From Blastocystis sp. Blastoise (lineage: Eukaryota > Protista > Bigyra: Opalinata): a stretch of DNA of 64,000 bases. Shown here piece by piece: positions 40,624-55,123 of the stretch (within the stretch, counting starts at the first letter, position 1; each line of letters opens with the position of its first letter). The position numbers and the translations under genes were made by a program. Below the pieces are notes generated by a model. The model did not search any database. It was not told where the DNA came from and saw nothing but the letters and a program-made list of their open reading frames with translations. The stretch lies in assembly GCA_039096225.1 (NCBI GenBank), contig JBBPEB010000013.1:1550001-1614000 (forward strand), written 5' to 3'.

Positions 40624-43600
40624 ATGAGATTTGCTATTTTTCTTTTCTTGATTTATTTATGTATGCATATATTCATATAATTAACTGCTATTATAATATA
40701 TATATGAAAATAAAAAATTTATCATTTTTTCTAATTTACTTTTTTTATATAGGTGTAAGTCAAAGTGTTACTTGCACTAGTACTCAAACAAAGGTTACTT
40801 TAGTTCGTACTTTTAAGTCGAATTGTGCTGAAGAAAGTTTTCAAATTTGGGAAGGTTCTTCATCTACAGGTACTTTAATTACTTCTGATAATGGTATCAG
40901 TAAGGAAAATACTGTAAAGAATTATGAGTTATGTTTAAATCCTACCATGCATACATTTGTTGCTCTTGATGGGTATGAATTTTATTATATTTATTATCTT
41001 ACTAAAAATTGAATATATATAGTGATAATAATGGCTGGGAAAATGGATCCACATTCTTAATAAAGACTCCTGCTGGTGTTATTTTAATTCAAGGAACTTT
41101 AGATAGATATACTAGAGCTGAATGGTCTTTTTATCGTATATATTTATTTTAATAAAGATAAATAAAAAATAAATAATTCTATTCTATAGCTTCTTATACT
41201 ATTTCTTCTACTTCTCAATGGAAATATACATCTACTGCTCAAAGTGGTACTTCTTGGACTACTGCTGCTTTTAGTGATGCTTCTTGGACCAGTTATGCTC
41301 CCGGAAGTTTCCCTGCTCCTTCTACTACAACTCGTTATTTCCGTGCTACAGGATCTATTCCTGCTGATAAAACTAATTTCGTTTCTTTTGAAGTTGGTGT
41401 TCTTACTAGAGAAGGTGTTGCTATTTATGTAAATGGTCAAGAAGTTTATAGAAGAAATCTTGCTGAGTATATATTAATTTATATTATATATTTATTAATT
41501 TATTAATATATATTTATTAATTTATTAATATATATTTATTAATATATTAATATATATTTATTAATATATTAATATATATTTATTAATTTATTAATATATA
41601 GTTCTGCTACTTCTTCTACTACTGCTTCAACTACCGATGCTAATAGTGCTTATAGAAGGTATTTCTTCTTTATTTTTATTATCTACTTTTATTTTTAATA
41701 ATAATAATAATTTCCTTATTTCACTTCTCTATATCTATAGAGCTACTGGTCCTATTAGTTCATTAACTGGAACTAGTGTTACTGTTGCTGTTGAAATTCA
41801 CGGATCGGGATCTAATCCTGCTTCTGAAGACTTTAAAGGTTTCTTTATTGTTTTCTATGGTCGTATATATATTTATTATATATAATATGTGATAGTAAAA
41901 CTATAATAATAGAATATATAATATTTCGATTTGTCTTTCTATAGCTTGTAATATTCGTTCTAAGGATGGTACTGTTGCTTCTAATCACGGTAATGTTGGT
42001 AATGCTCAAGAAACTATGAATTCCGCCTTTGATAATGATATTCAAACTTTATGGTATTTCGGTAATGTTCCTGTTAATCTTGATTATACATTTAATGATG
42101 GAAGGTATATATATATATTTTTTTTAGTTTATTATATATTCATTCTATTATTCTAATTAATTATATATTCATTCTATTGTTTTAATTATTTTATTATTTA
42201 TATTATTATTATTTTATAATTATATATATATCATCTATTCTTATAGAAAAGAATGGATTAATGCTTATGAAATTACTACTGGTTGGCAATGGGATGAAAG
42301 AAGACCTAAGAATTGGAAGGTTTCTGCTAGTAATGATGGTACTAATTGGATATTATTAGATTATAGAACTGATATGAGATTTGATGCTAGAAGAGATACA
42401 AAGAGATTTTATTTAAATACAAATAATATGAGATTTAATACTTATAGATGGGAAGTTTGTATGTTTTTAAATATATCATTAGTTATTCTCATTATTCATT
42501 TTTTTTATAATTATTATATATTTCTATTTTTAATTATTCTTTCTTTAGTATCTGTTCAAGCTAATAGTGATGGTGAAATAGCCGAATTCGCTTGGGTTGC
42601 TTGTAATCAACCTATTCAAACTCCTCAATTAGCTTATCCTCAATCTTCTTATACTCTTGTTACAAATCTTGATACTGTTTATTTATATCCTACTCAAAAT
42701 GGTTTTACTTCATTCCAAATTAATCCTTCACTTCCTGCTGGTCTTTCTATGGATGCTAATAGTGGTACTATTAAAGGAAAAGCTACTGTAGATACTTCTG
42801 CTACTATTTATACTATTACTGCTACTCATCATACTAATGTTCAAAGTCAAACTACTATTACTCTTACTACTTATACTTGTGCTTCTCCTAAATTAAGAGT
42901 TGATATTTATAAACGAACTAATAAAGATTCTTATGATGGTTGGGAACAATATATAGTAAAGAATGCTGCTGGTACTATTGTTTGGCAATATGAAGTTACT
43001 GCTTCTGATTATACAGATACTATTAATATTAAACATTATTTCTGTTGGGAACCTGGTGTATATACTATTACAGGTAATGCTCATACTTCTTCGGGTTGGG
43101 CTGGTACTTCTTATTTAGCTGTTGATCTTTATGGAAGAGGTTCTGCTTATTGTATTTCTAGATTCCATCTTTATAAAAAACAATCTGAAACTTATAAAGT
43201 GAATATTGCTTATGAAACTGAAACTTCATTTAAATCTATGTTAACTTCTACTTCTATACCTACTGGTTGGTATTCTCAAAGTTTTAATGATGCTGCTTGG
43301 CCTGCTTATACTGCTAGTGCTTCTACTCCTGCTTCTTCTCATATATGGTTCTTTAGACAAACCTTTACTGTTGCTTCTAGAACTGGTGCTCAATCCTATG
43401 AATATAGAATTAATGTTCGTTCTGGTTCTATTGTTTATTTAGATGGTGTAGAAATTCATCGTATTAATGTTGCTACTGGTGCTCTTACGATGGCTTCTTA
43501 TGCTACTGATGGAAGAAATAATGATGAAAGTGCTCAATGGAGAGTTATTACTGGAAAAATGTCTCAATTATCTGCTGGTACTCATGTTTTTGCTACTGCT

Positions 43601-46222
43601 GTTATTCATAAATCTGGTTATACTTCTATTAATTCTGAATTTGATGGTTCTTTATTAATTTCTTTTGATTCTGATCTTAATCCTCGTAATGTTGAAATGA
43701 GTGGTAAACAAAGTAGTCAAAGATGGAGTGATTCTCCTGCTAGTAATTTAGCAGATCAAGATTATGCTTCTCGTTGGGCTTCTTGGGTAAATACTGATGA
43801 AGATCCTATTCAATGGGCTCAAATTAGTTATAATAATTATAGAACTGAATATATTAATAAATATTGTGTTGTTAATGCTTGGGATGCTCCTCAACAAGAT
43901 CCTGTTAAATGGACACTTAAAGGGTCAAATGATGATACGAACTTTACAGATATTGATCATGAAGAAAATGTTACTTGGGATCAAAGAACTCAACGTTTAT
44001 GTTTCTATACTCCTAATAATTTAAATACATATCGTCATTATAGATTTGTTTGTGAAGAAACTAGTGTTGCTTTCCCTAATTGTCAATCTTGTATTATTGC
44101 TGAATTAGAATTTTATATTGTTAATTATGATACACTTTCTGTTCCTGCTCTTGATTACAATCCTAAACAAATCAATGGATATGTTAATGTTGATTTCCCT
44201 ACAACACTTCCTACTTCTGAATATTATCATAGTTTCACTATTACTCCTGCTCTTCCTGCTGGTGTTGTTTTAACACCTGGTAATGGACGTATATTAGGTC
44301 GTCCTACTACTCCTGCTTCTGGTACTTATACTGTTAGTGCTCTTAATCCTCAAGGTGTTACTTCTACTTCTCTTCTTACTATTAATATTGCTACTTGTAA
44401 TTATCCTTCTTCTGTTATTAAATTTAGTGCTACTGGATTTGAATCGGATGCTTATCAAAATGGTTATTATATTGAAAACACTATGGGTACTCAAGTTGCT
44501 TCTTATCCTCAATTCCCTCGTTGGGCTAATGAAATTACTGCTTCTTATTGTTTAGCTGCTGGTAGCTATAAACTTGTCTTATTAGATAATGGTAACAATG
44601 GTTGGGAAAAGGGTTCTTTAGTGATTTCATTAGAAGATGGAACTGTTATCATTCGTGCCTCTGTACAATATGGTGAATCTCCTAAAGCTATTCCTTTTAC
44701 TGTAGGTAATGTAGTTGCTATTGGTGCTGCTTCTTGGTCTTATTATTCTGGTTCTGAACCTGCTGCTAATTGGTATGATCCTGCTTATACTCCTTCTTGG
44801 CCTGTAGCTACTGCTGGCCATTTCACTGGACTTTCAGGTGTTACTCAATATTATAGAACATCCTTTACTATGACCAATATTAATCAATATGTTATTTATG
44901 AAATTACTACTTTATTAAAGGCTGGTGCTGTTATTTATCTTAATGGTAAACAAATTAATAAGATTAATCTTCCTTCAACTGTAAAATCAACTACAATGGC
45001 TCTTAAAGAATTCTCTGAAGTTACAAAAGTTACTTCTGCCGGTAGTATTCAATTTGGTGATCTTAAAGATGGTGCTAATGTCTTAGCTGTTGAAATTCAT
45101 CGTTTCTCTGATATTCCTGAAACAACTTTTGATGCTTATGTTCATGTTGAAACTTCTGGATCTTATAGAGCTATTGATGGTACTTATAGTACTAATGCTC
45201 CTGGTTATAAGACAGATAGTTATGATGAAAGAGAATATAAAGCTTTTGATGGTAGTTATAGTGCTAAATACTTTAGTAACAGATGTATGGTTGAAAATGA
45301 AAAAGTTTATCTTCAATGGACTTATAATAACAATAGAAGAGATTATGTTAATAGTATTACCTTCGTTAGAAGTACAGATAATGGTAGAGTTCCTAAAGAT
45401 TTCGAAGTTTTAGCTTCTAATGATGGTACTACTTGGGATTCCTTAGTTGTACGAACTGGCGTCGTTTTAGATAAATATAATAGTCTTACTGGTAAAGTAA
45501 CTCTTGATTTCTATACTACTAAGAATTATAATGCTTATCGTTTAACTATGTACAGTAGTGATTGTAATCAAGGTTATGAAGTTGCTGAAGTTATCTTAAA
45601 TAGTAAGAGATTAGATAATTATTGTGCTGCTGATAACGGCTTTACTATTGCTGCTGATGGTCAAATAGCTACAAAGAAATGTCAAGATTGGTATGACGGT
45701 GCTATTAGTCGTCTTTGTACTAATGGTGTTTGGGGAACTGAAGAAACTAAATGTACTATAGCTAAACCTCTTACTCTTCTTTATGATTCTTATGTATATA
45801 TCTTTAAGACAAATAAATTCAATACTATTACTGCTCCTGTTATTCGTGCTGTAAATGGTGTATTATCCCTTGAATCTACTCTTCCTGTTGGTATTACTTT
45901 TGATGAAAAGACGGGTATTATTTCTGGTACTCCTGTTGTTGATTTTAATACTACACAAGTTATTATTAAAACAACAAATAGTGCTGGTGAATCTCTGACT
46001 ACTCTTACTCTCTCTTCTATTACTGAAGTTGCTACTGTTTCTGGAGGTATCATTACTTTAATTGTACTTGCTGCTATTGTACTTATTGTTGGTGTTTGTC
46101 TCCTTGTTTGGTGTATTCTCATTCGTGTTAAGAGCAGTAAGAAGGGTAATCATACTAAATTAGAAAAGAAACCTAGTGCCACCAAAAAACCTAGTGGCAA
46201 TAATAAAACTGTTAAAGTCTAA
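40624..46222 (+). CDS. Type I membrane surface protein with putative Ig (He_PIG-like) and F5/8/galactose-binding-like domains; about 9 exons
   Basis: Signal peptide MRFAIFLFLIYLCVSQS. Three LPxGx..xxxGxIxG Ig-like repeats. Three PxxWxxxxSNDG/D-type discoidin units. YxNG/DGxE..AVEIH-type units. TM segment IITLIVLAAIVLIVGVCLLVWCILI followed by a basic tail. All introns are GT-AG and in phase. Confidence 0.88.
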
Positions 46223-46689
46223 AATGTTTCATTTTTTATAATATATTTATAATATACATTTGTTTTTCTTATTGCTTGCTTAAGATTTGTTCATTTTTTA
46301 AATCTCGTCATATCTTATTAGATATAATTCATTGTGTTATGTATACACAGCTTATTAAGTACTTTAAACTATTCTACTTGTTTTGTTAGTATATATTTTT
46401 AAACAATTTTGTTATATTAAAAAAAATATTAAAGAGGGCTATCAATGAAAGAAATGGTTTATATATAATAACTATTCAACTATTAGTTCAAGTGAACTAG
46501 GGACACATGAATGACATTTATTAAAACTATTGTTGATAATACTTTGTATTTTATGATACTGTAACATATAACGAAGTATTATTCATAATTATATTTAATT
46601 CTAAACAAAAAGAAAAAGAACTAATAACTAGAATAACTTTTATAATAAAAAGGTATGCATAAAGACCCACGGTATTAGTATTTGAATAT

Positions 46690-47170
46690 GATTCTTTGCT
46701 ACTGTTTGCCTTGGTAATTTGTTTTGACTAGGTTTCTTACATTTCTTTCTATATACAACAATATATGTAATAATAATAACACATAAGATATACTAATTAG
46801 AACTGCATAACAATAAGAGTAATACCACTAGTATTAAGATTAGGACCTTCAACAGTACTAAGAGTAATAGAAGTAGATATAGTTCTTTTAATGTTTGTGA
46901 TAATTATAGTATAATTAATGTGCACTAACTTTGAGGTTTTATTCCTAATAATACTTGTTTTAGTATCAATAAATAATAAAGAAAAAAGACTATGATAAAT
47001 AGAAATATTATATTCAACAGTTTGGATTCTAGGTTGAGGAGTAGTGTTATCACTATATGTATAGAAAATAGAGGATATATTAAAAGAATGACAAGATAAA
47101 GGTTTATTTAATGAATATATTTTGTGAGTATTTCCAAAGATATAATCAGTATAGGTATCACTTATAGGTA
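46690..47170 (-). pseudogene. Degraded 3' fragment of a paralog of the neighbouring Ig surface-protein gene
   Basis: KPLS...PQPRIQTVEYNISIYHSLFSLLFIDTKTSII...YTIIITN...TSITLSTV...SGITLIV aligns by eye with KPLT...APVIRAVNGVLSLESTLPVGITFDEKTGII...IKTTN...TTLTLSSI...GGIITLIV. Key Gly/Pro residues are lost and a stop falls in the TM segment. Confidence 0.7.
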
Positions 47171-48069
47171 TTTTCACATATAAGACAAATGAATAAGAGA
47201 AAAATGGGAAAAAAATCAATTAAATATGCTAAAAAAGTTGGTGATAATAAAAATTTTTCTTCCCCATATAGATTAAAAAATAAGTTCACTATAGATATAG
47301 TAGTACATTTTATAGTCACTTTGAGGGAAATGAAGATTTCATTGTCATTTCTTTTGGAATCAATGAATAATCAAGATAATATGACCATTCTTTAAATCAG
47401 AATCACATATATTTCATCACTTATCTTTGTATATACAATAGCAAAAAAAAATTAAAAAAAAAAAAAAAAAGAAAAAAGACATACAAAGTCTTATTTCCTA
47501 ATATTTTCTAAAACATTTAATAATTCTTTATCGAGAAGAAAGCTGAAATTATTACAATACGATCATAGACAGTGGTTCTTATAATATTTAGAATGATCTA
47601 CTTATTGGTAGATATTTGGAGCTAATTGCTGCTTAAAAAGATAAGTAGAATAATATAGATACTTCAATGAAGCCATTTATAGAAAGGATCATATAAAAAA
47701 GGAAAACTAATTACCAATGTAGTTTTATTTCATTTCTAAATATTTAGAAATTCATATAAATAATATGGAGAGAACAACAGGAAATATTTATTCATAATAG
47801 CATAATGTGCATGATGACGTTTCTAAGAGAATAACGATGAGAAGATTCTTGTATTCAAGACATTGATATCTATACTATGTCAACTAAATAACTCTATGGA
47901 GACCGTGTAATTAATAAAGTAAATACTATAAAAAGATTGTTGTTTAAATTACGGAACTTATTAGAAAAAGACTATAATTATCCATTTTATTTACGGTAAT
48001 TTTTTGGCTCTTCATTATAATAAGGAATTTTATGTATTTTTTTAATTCTTAAGATTAGTTCAAGTTAAT

Positions 48070-48978
48070 ATGGCTGTACGTTTCTATAACTTAGTGGGAA
48101 TTACTTAACAAATATATATAGATACAATATATTCTTTTGGTCAGTAGACAAGGAAAAATCCGTCTTCAGATGTTTTACAATAATGCTACACCTGCTGTAG
48201 CCAATCAAGTAGCTCATCAAACCGTGTCAACAGTATTAGCAAGATCTCCTCGTTTTTGTAATTTTATTGAACAGAAGGATTCTAAGATTGTTTTTAGAAG
48301 GTATTTAGTGTTATATTCTTTGAATATTAATTATTATTATTTTCTTTCTTCTTTTAATTTATAAAATGTTTTGAATATTAATTATTTTTTTTTATTTCTT
48401 TCTTTTAATTTATAAAATATTTTGAATATTAATTATTATTTTTTCTTTCTTTCTTTTAAATTATAAAATGTTTTGAATATAAATTATTATTTCTTATTTA
48501 TTTCTTTTAATTTATAAAATATTTTCAATAAATAATTTTGTGACTGTTAACTATAGATATGCAAGTTTATTTTTCATTGTAGCTATTGATCCTGCAGATA
48601 ATGAGCTTTTAGCACTTGAAGCAATTCAACATTATGTAGAAATATTGGATCAATATTATGGAAATGTATTTAAACTCTGTTTTATTCCATTGAATCATTA
48701 TTTATTTTTATATTTAGGTTTGTGAACTTGATATTATTTTCCATTTTGATCAGGTATATATATTTAAAAGAAAAAATATATATATAAATAATTATAATAA
48801 CTATTAATATATATAGGCATATTATGTTTTGAATGAAGTCTTTATTCGTGGTCAATTACAAGAAACAAATAAGAGAGAAGTATTAAGATTAGTCATGGAA
48901 CAAGATAAAGCAGAACAAGAGTCTCAACAAGCTACTCTTTCTTCTATTACTAATAAAATTCGTGTTCCTGGAATGTAA
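48070..48978 (+). CDS. AP1S: Adaptor complex sigma subunit, AP-1 sigma-like; 5 exons
   Basis: MA|[65 protein letters not shown]. Confidence 0.92.
48318..48530. repeat. ~55-bp intronic tandem repeat, about 4 copies
   Basis: TTTGAATATTAATTATT...TTCTTTTAATTTATAAAAT repeated. Confidence 0.85.
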
Positions 48979-49271
48979 ATTAATATTATTTATATATATA
49001 TATACTGGTATTATTCTATATATTACTATACAATGTTTATTTCATAGTTGTATATTTTTTTCATTATATTATATTTTATTTTATTTTATTTATTTTTTCC
49101 TTACTATTCCATAGTAATGCTATTCATATTTCTCTATCGTATTATTAACATGATTCATATATTATTTTGTTGTTTTTAAATACTCTCGTTTTTATCATTC
49201 ATATATAAATACAACTAAATAAAATTAACAATATATTGAATATAATAATAATAATTCAATGAATAAAATAA

Positions 49272-50649
49272 TTATAGCAATAAAGTTGTAAGATATTGAA
49301 CAGCATCACGAGCTAAAGTACAATCAGGCTCCATATCTAATAATTCTTGAACTTCTTCTAGTCTTCCTTGAATCATTGAATTGATTTCATCATTTGTATA
49401 TATTGTAGTACTTTTAAGAAATTCAAAAAGACTCTTTTGATAATACCATGAACTCTGATCATCAGGCTCTGTATATAGAGCATTCAAAATCAAACTTAAA
49501 TCTATAGATTAGGATATATTATATATATTCAAGGGAAATAATAAATAATAAATAATAAATAATAAATAATAAATAATAAATAATAAATAATAAATAATAA
49601 ATAATAAATAATAAATAATAAATAATAAATAATAAATAATAAATAATAAATAATAAATAATAAATAATAAATAATAAATAATAAATAATAAATAATACAT
49701 AATAAATAATACATAATAAATAATAAATAATATAATAAATAATAAATAATAAATAATAAATAATAAATAATAAATAATATAATAAATAAAAATATAAAAC
49801 TACCTTTATCAATAAATTCTTTAATATCAAAATCAATAAGATTATTTATATATCCTTCTGATAATAAACTTAATCTATAATTCCAAGCTGAATAATTACT
49901 GAAATTATGTTCAATTCTTTTATATGTAAATTCTAACATTTCATTAATTGATAAATGTAAATGTGTACAAACAAATTTCCAATGATTCCAACAATGGAAA
50001 TTTCGTTCATCCACTAAAAACAACTTTTCACATAATTTTATTTCGTCTTTTGTTAATAAGGATGGCTCTCTAGAATAAATAAATAATAATCAAACTATTA
50101 TAATAAAATTGTTTAACTAATATATATATATATATACAGAGTAAAAAGCCATTTTCTATGATGCCATAAAGGATAACATTTTGTGTCTTTATTTTGAATA
50201 ATACTTTGAGTGAGAAATAATTCATCAGCTATAAAACTCTTTCTACTTTCATCAGCTCTATTGTTTATAATATAATAAAATTCAACTTATATTGAATAAC
50301 ATAGATATATTATCAACAAAAAAATATATAATATTTACAGATTAGCTTGTGCAAGCGTGTTCTTTATATATTCTTTTCTATAATTCCATATACTTGTAAC
50401 ATCAGGGTTTAATGAAAGTAATTTAGTACTTAATTCAATAGCAGTTGGACTATAATCACCTTTAGCTTTCTAGAATCTTAGAATTTGAATAAAATAAAAA
50501 TTACCATAGCAAAACACATCTTTTCTAAAGTAACATATTTCTTAGCTTTTGCTTGTTCTTCAGAAATTTCTTCAATTGTTTTCTCAGTTACTCTTCTTAC
50601 TCTTCCATGCTATAAATATAAAACAATACAGCCAAAATTTATGTACCAT
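49272..50649 (-). CDS. RABGGTA: Rab geranylgeranyltransferase alpha subunit; 6 exons
   Basis: M|HGRVR start; PPTA repeats LNPDVTSIWNYRK, LWHHRKW, DERNFHCWNHW, NFSNYSAWNYR, ALYTEPDDQSSWYY. Confidence 0.92.
49538..49790. repeat. (ATAATAA)n 7-mer intronic satellite
   Basis: About 35 units; it produces the spurious YYLLFII ORFs. Confidence 0.95.
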
Positions 50650-50876
50650 TTTGTTAACTATATTTTATTAGTTCAATAAAAGGAAAATATCTCTTTTAAA
50701 TAATCATAATTTAATTCGTAGGAATCTTTGGAAACTCAGGTCTCATCTTAGTATTTTTCTTGATTATATAAATTGACTATGTTTTCCTTTATTCTTTCAT
50801 TACTTATCTAAATAAAGGATTATCAATATTTACTTTTTCTTCACATAATTAGAAATAACATTAAGATTGCCATAAA

Positions 50877-52264
<1,388 letters not shown>

Positions 52265-53734
52265 AAAATAATTTCACTGTATATTTGTAAATCAATAATT
52301 GTTTTGTTATCATATGTCAAAGATTTTTATTTATAAATAACATTTTTTTTTAATTAAAAAATAAAAAAAAAAAAGAATAACAAACTAAACAAAATAATCA
52401 AGAGGATGAAAATGGAATTTGTTATACCTCAGTATATATATAAAAGAGACTAATAAATAATATTACTTAATAGACTACAAAAATATATAAAGAAGTATAT
52501 TGAAACAAGTTAACAAAGAAATGCAGCAATTTTCTCAATATAAATTGAAATGTAAAGAAATAAATAGAGAATACATAATAAAAAAGATATTTATATTGAG
52601 AATAGAATAAGACTCTATTTGGATGAAATAATAGAGAGAGAAAGAATTGCAATTTCTTAAGAATGGATGAAAATATGGAATTAATAGAATTGAATATAAA
52701 TATATAAATATAAATATATAAACATACATATATATGTGGAAATCAAATATAAAACTATAGAGAAAAAAAATATACACATATTCTTTAGAAACAGTTATTC
52801 ACTCAAAAAAAATAACGAATTCATGAAATATTAATTGTAAAAGAAGAGATATAAATAAAGAATATTTGTTTTTAACTCATAAAAATCAAATTTATTCTTC
52901 TCTTCAAAATCAAATAATAGTATATAAAAAAATAATTATTAAGGAAATAATTATAAATTTAGGGAAATAATCTATTTATAAAAAGATATATAAATATATA
53001 TAGAGTAATAGAATAATTCTATTATAAAGGAGAAGAATGAAAAGAAAAAAGGTCTATAGAAAGTATATATATGATAGGGGGTATATATATATATAAAGTT
53101 GAGAAGGAATTTAAAAATTAAATAGGATCGAACAAAAATTTATATATAATATAAATATATATATATTTAAAAAAAAAAACATATATATATATATAAAATT
53201 AAAACAAAAAGTAAAAATATATAAATATAAGAAATAGAGATATTCAAAATGATGTGAGTATTTTCTATGAATAGAAATCTATTTAGAAATACACATCACT
53301 ATATATATATAAATGAAAGAATATCATATCTTCATCTGATAAGAAATTACAAATAAATTAGAAAAACAAAATTAGAAAAACAAAATAAGAAAATAAAAAA
53401 GTTTGAAAAATTATATTTAGTAATAATATAGTATATATATATATAAAAATACTAAATAAATAATAATATAGAGAATACTAAAGGAAGATAGTATTTTACT
53501 AACTAACTCATAAATGTAATGAGATATATAAATAATAATGATTTATATAGAATACAATATAGATATATAGACGATAAAAGAAATTGTACTAAAAAAAAAT
53601 ATATATTAATTTAGAAAGATATGTATATATATAAATATATATATATTCAAGAAGATAGATTACAAGTAAATAATATTTAACGGATTATAATGAATTATTT
53701 AATACTAAAACAATATAATGTATTATGATATTAT

Positions 53735-55004
53735 TTAAGCAGTTAATACTTCACAACCATTGTCTGTAATAAGAATGGTATGTTCGAGTTGAGCAGCACG
53801 ACCGCCGTCAGAAGTACGAACGGTAGAATCATCTTCATCAATATATGTAGTATTCGCATATTCTACTATAATAGGCTCTATAGTAAATGTTTGATTCTTC
53901 ATCATTCTTCCTGGATAAGAATTCTTTGTATGTATAATATAAGGTAATTCATGAAGTTCAGTACCTACACCATGACCACCAAGATCAAACACACTATATA
54001 TAGGTAATCATAATTAATAAAAGATATAAATAAATATATAAATAAATATATAAAATATATAAAAAAATATATATAAAAATATATATAAAAATATATAAAA
54101 AAATACGGTCTGTATTTATATTTGTTACAAACACGACTAATAGCATCACCAATATCTGAATAATTAGCACCAGGTTTACACACTTTTATAGCTTCATCCA
54201 TAGCTTCATGTGTACACTTGATTAATTTCTTTCCATTTTCATCGACGTTACCAATAGCATAACAACGAGTCATATCACCATAGTAACCTTTATAAAGATC
54301 ATACATATAGTTTATAATATAAAAAAAGAAAAAAGAAAACGAGTTCACACTTTATAAAAAAGGAGAACCTTGAATTTTCCTTGAAATGAAAAAGGAGAAA
54401 AAAAAATCTTTTGCATTACAAAAAGAGAATATGATAAATTAACAGCATACCATCAACAAACATGACCATATCCATCTTTAAAATATCTCCATCTTGGAGT
54501 TTACGATCGTCTGGAATACCATGACAGCAGACATCATTAACACTAGAGGAGATACTTTTAGGAAAATGACCATAGTTTAAAGGTCCTGGATAGTAACCAA
54601 GAGAGCAGGCATATTTGTGCATTTCTCTATCGATTTCATCAGTAGATACACCAGGTTGAACTAGTGTATCGACAAAATCCATGACCTTTTTGGTTATTTG
54701 ACAAGCTTTTCTCATTTTTTGAACGCCCTAAACACGAAAAAAAGTAAGAAAAGATATATCTTTTACTGTGAAAAAAAATAAAAACTGTATATACTTCAGG
54801 AGAATGAGCGTGAGCAGGAGCATTACTAGCAGGAATAAAGCCATCATAATAATAAGATGGTTTAAGGATCTCCTGAGGAACGGCGTTCATTGGGGAAACA
54901 TGTCCTAAGACTACTTCAGGGAAATTTTGAGGTCTTTTAGGTAAAACGAATGCCCTGGAGTGAAAGCAGTTCTTGCTTAAGCATAAAAGAGTCTTTGCAA
55001 ACAT
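53735..55004 (-). CDS. METAP1D: Methionine aminopeptidase type 1, mitochondrial (METAP1D-like); 4 exons
   Basis: FPKSISSSVNDVCCHGIPD, DGYYGD, GHGVG...HE, FTIEP, AAQLEHTILIT. Basic presequence-like N-terminus with no zinc finger. Confidence 0.93.
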
Positions 55005-55123
55005 AATGAGAAGTTGTCAAAATAAATAAAAAATGGAAAAAAAAATTTCAAAAGAGAAATTTTAGCGAGAATCAGCAGCCAGTCTCTTTGCTTAAAAATT
55101 ATTTTGGATGGCTAAGAAAACAA

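Noticed and set aside
49509-49836. ORFs with YYLLFII repeats
   Set aside because: Translations of an intronic 7-mer satellite.
52300-53700. 1.4-kb A-rich stretch with short minus-strand ORFs
   Set aside because: Low-complexity region between convergent genes, with no spliceable coding signal.
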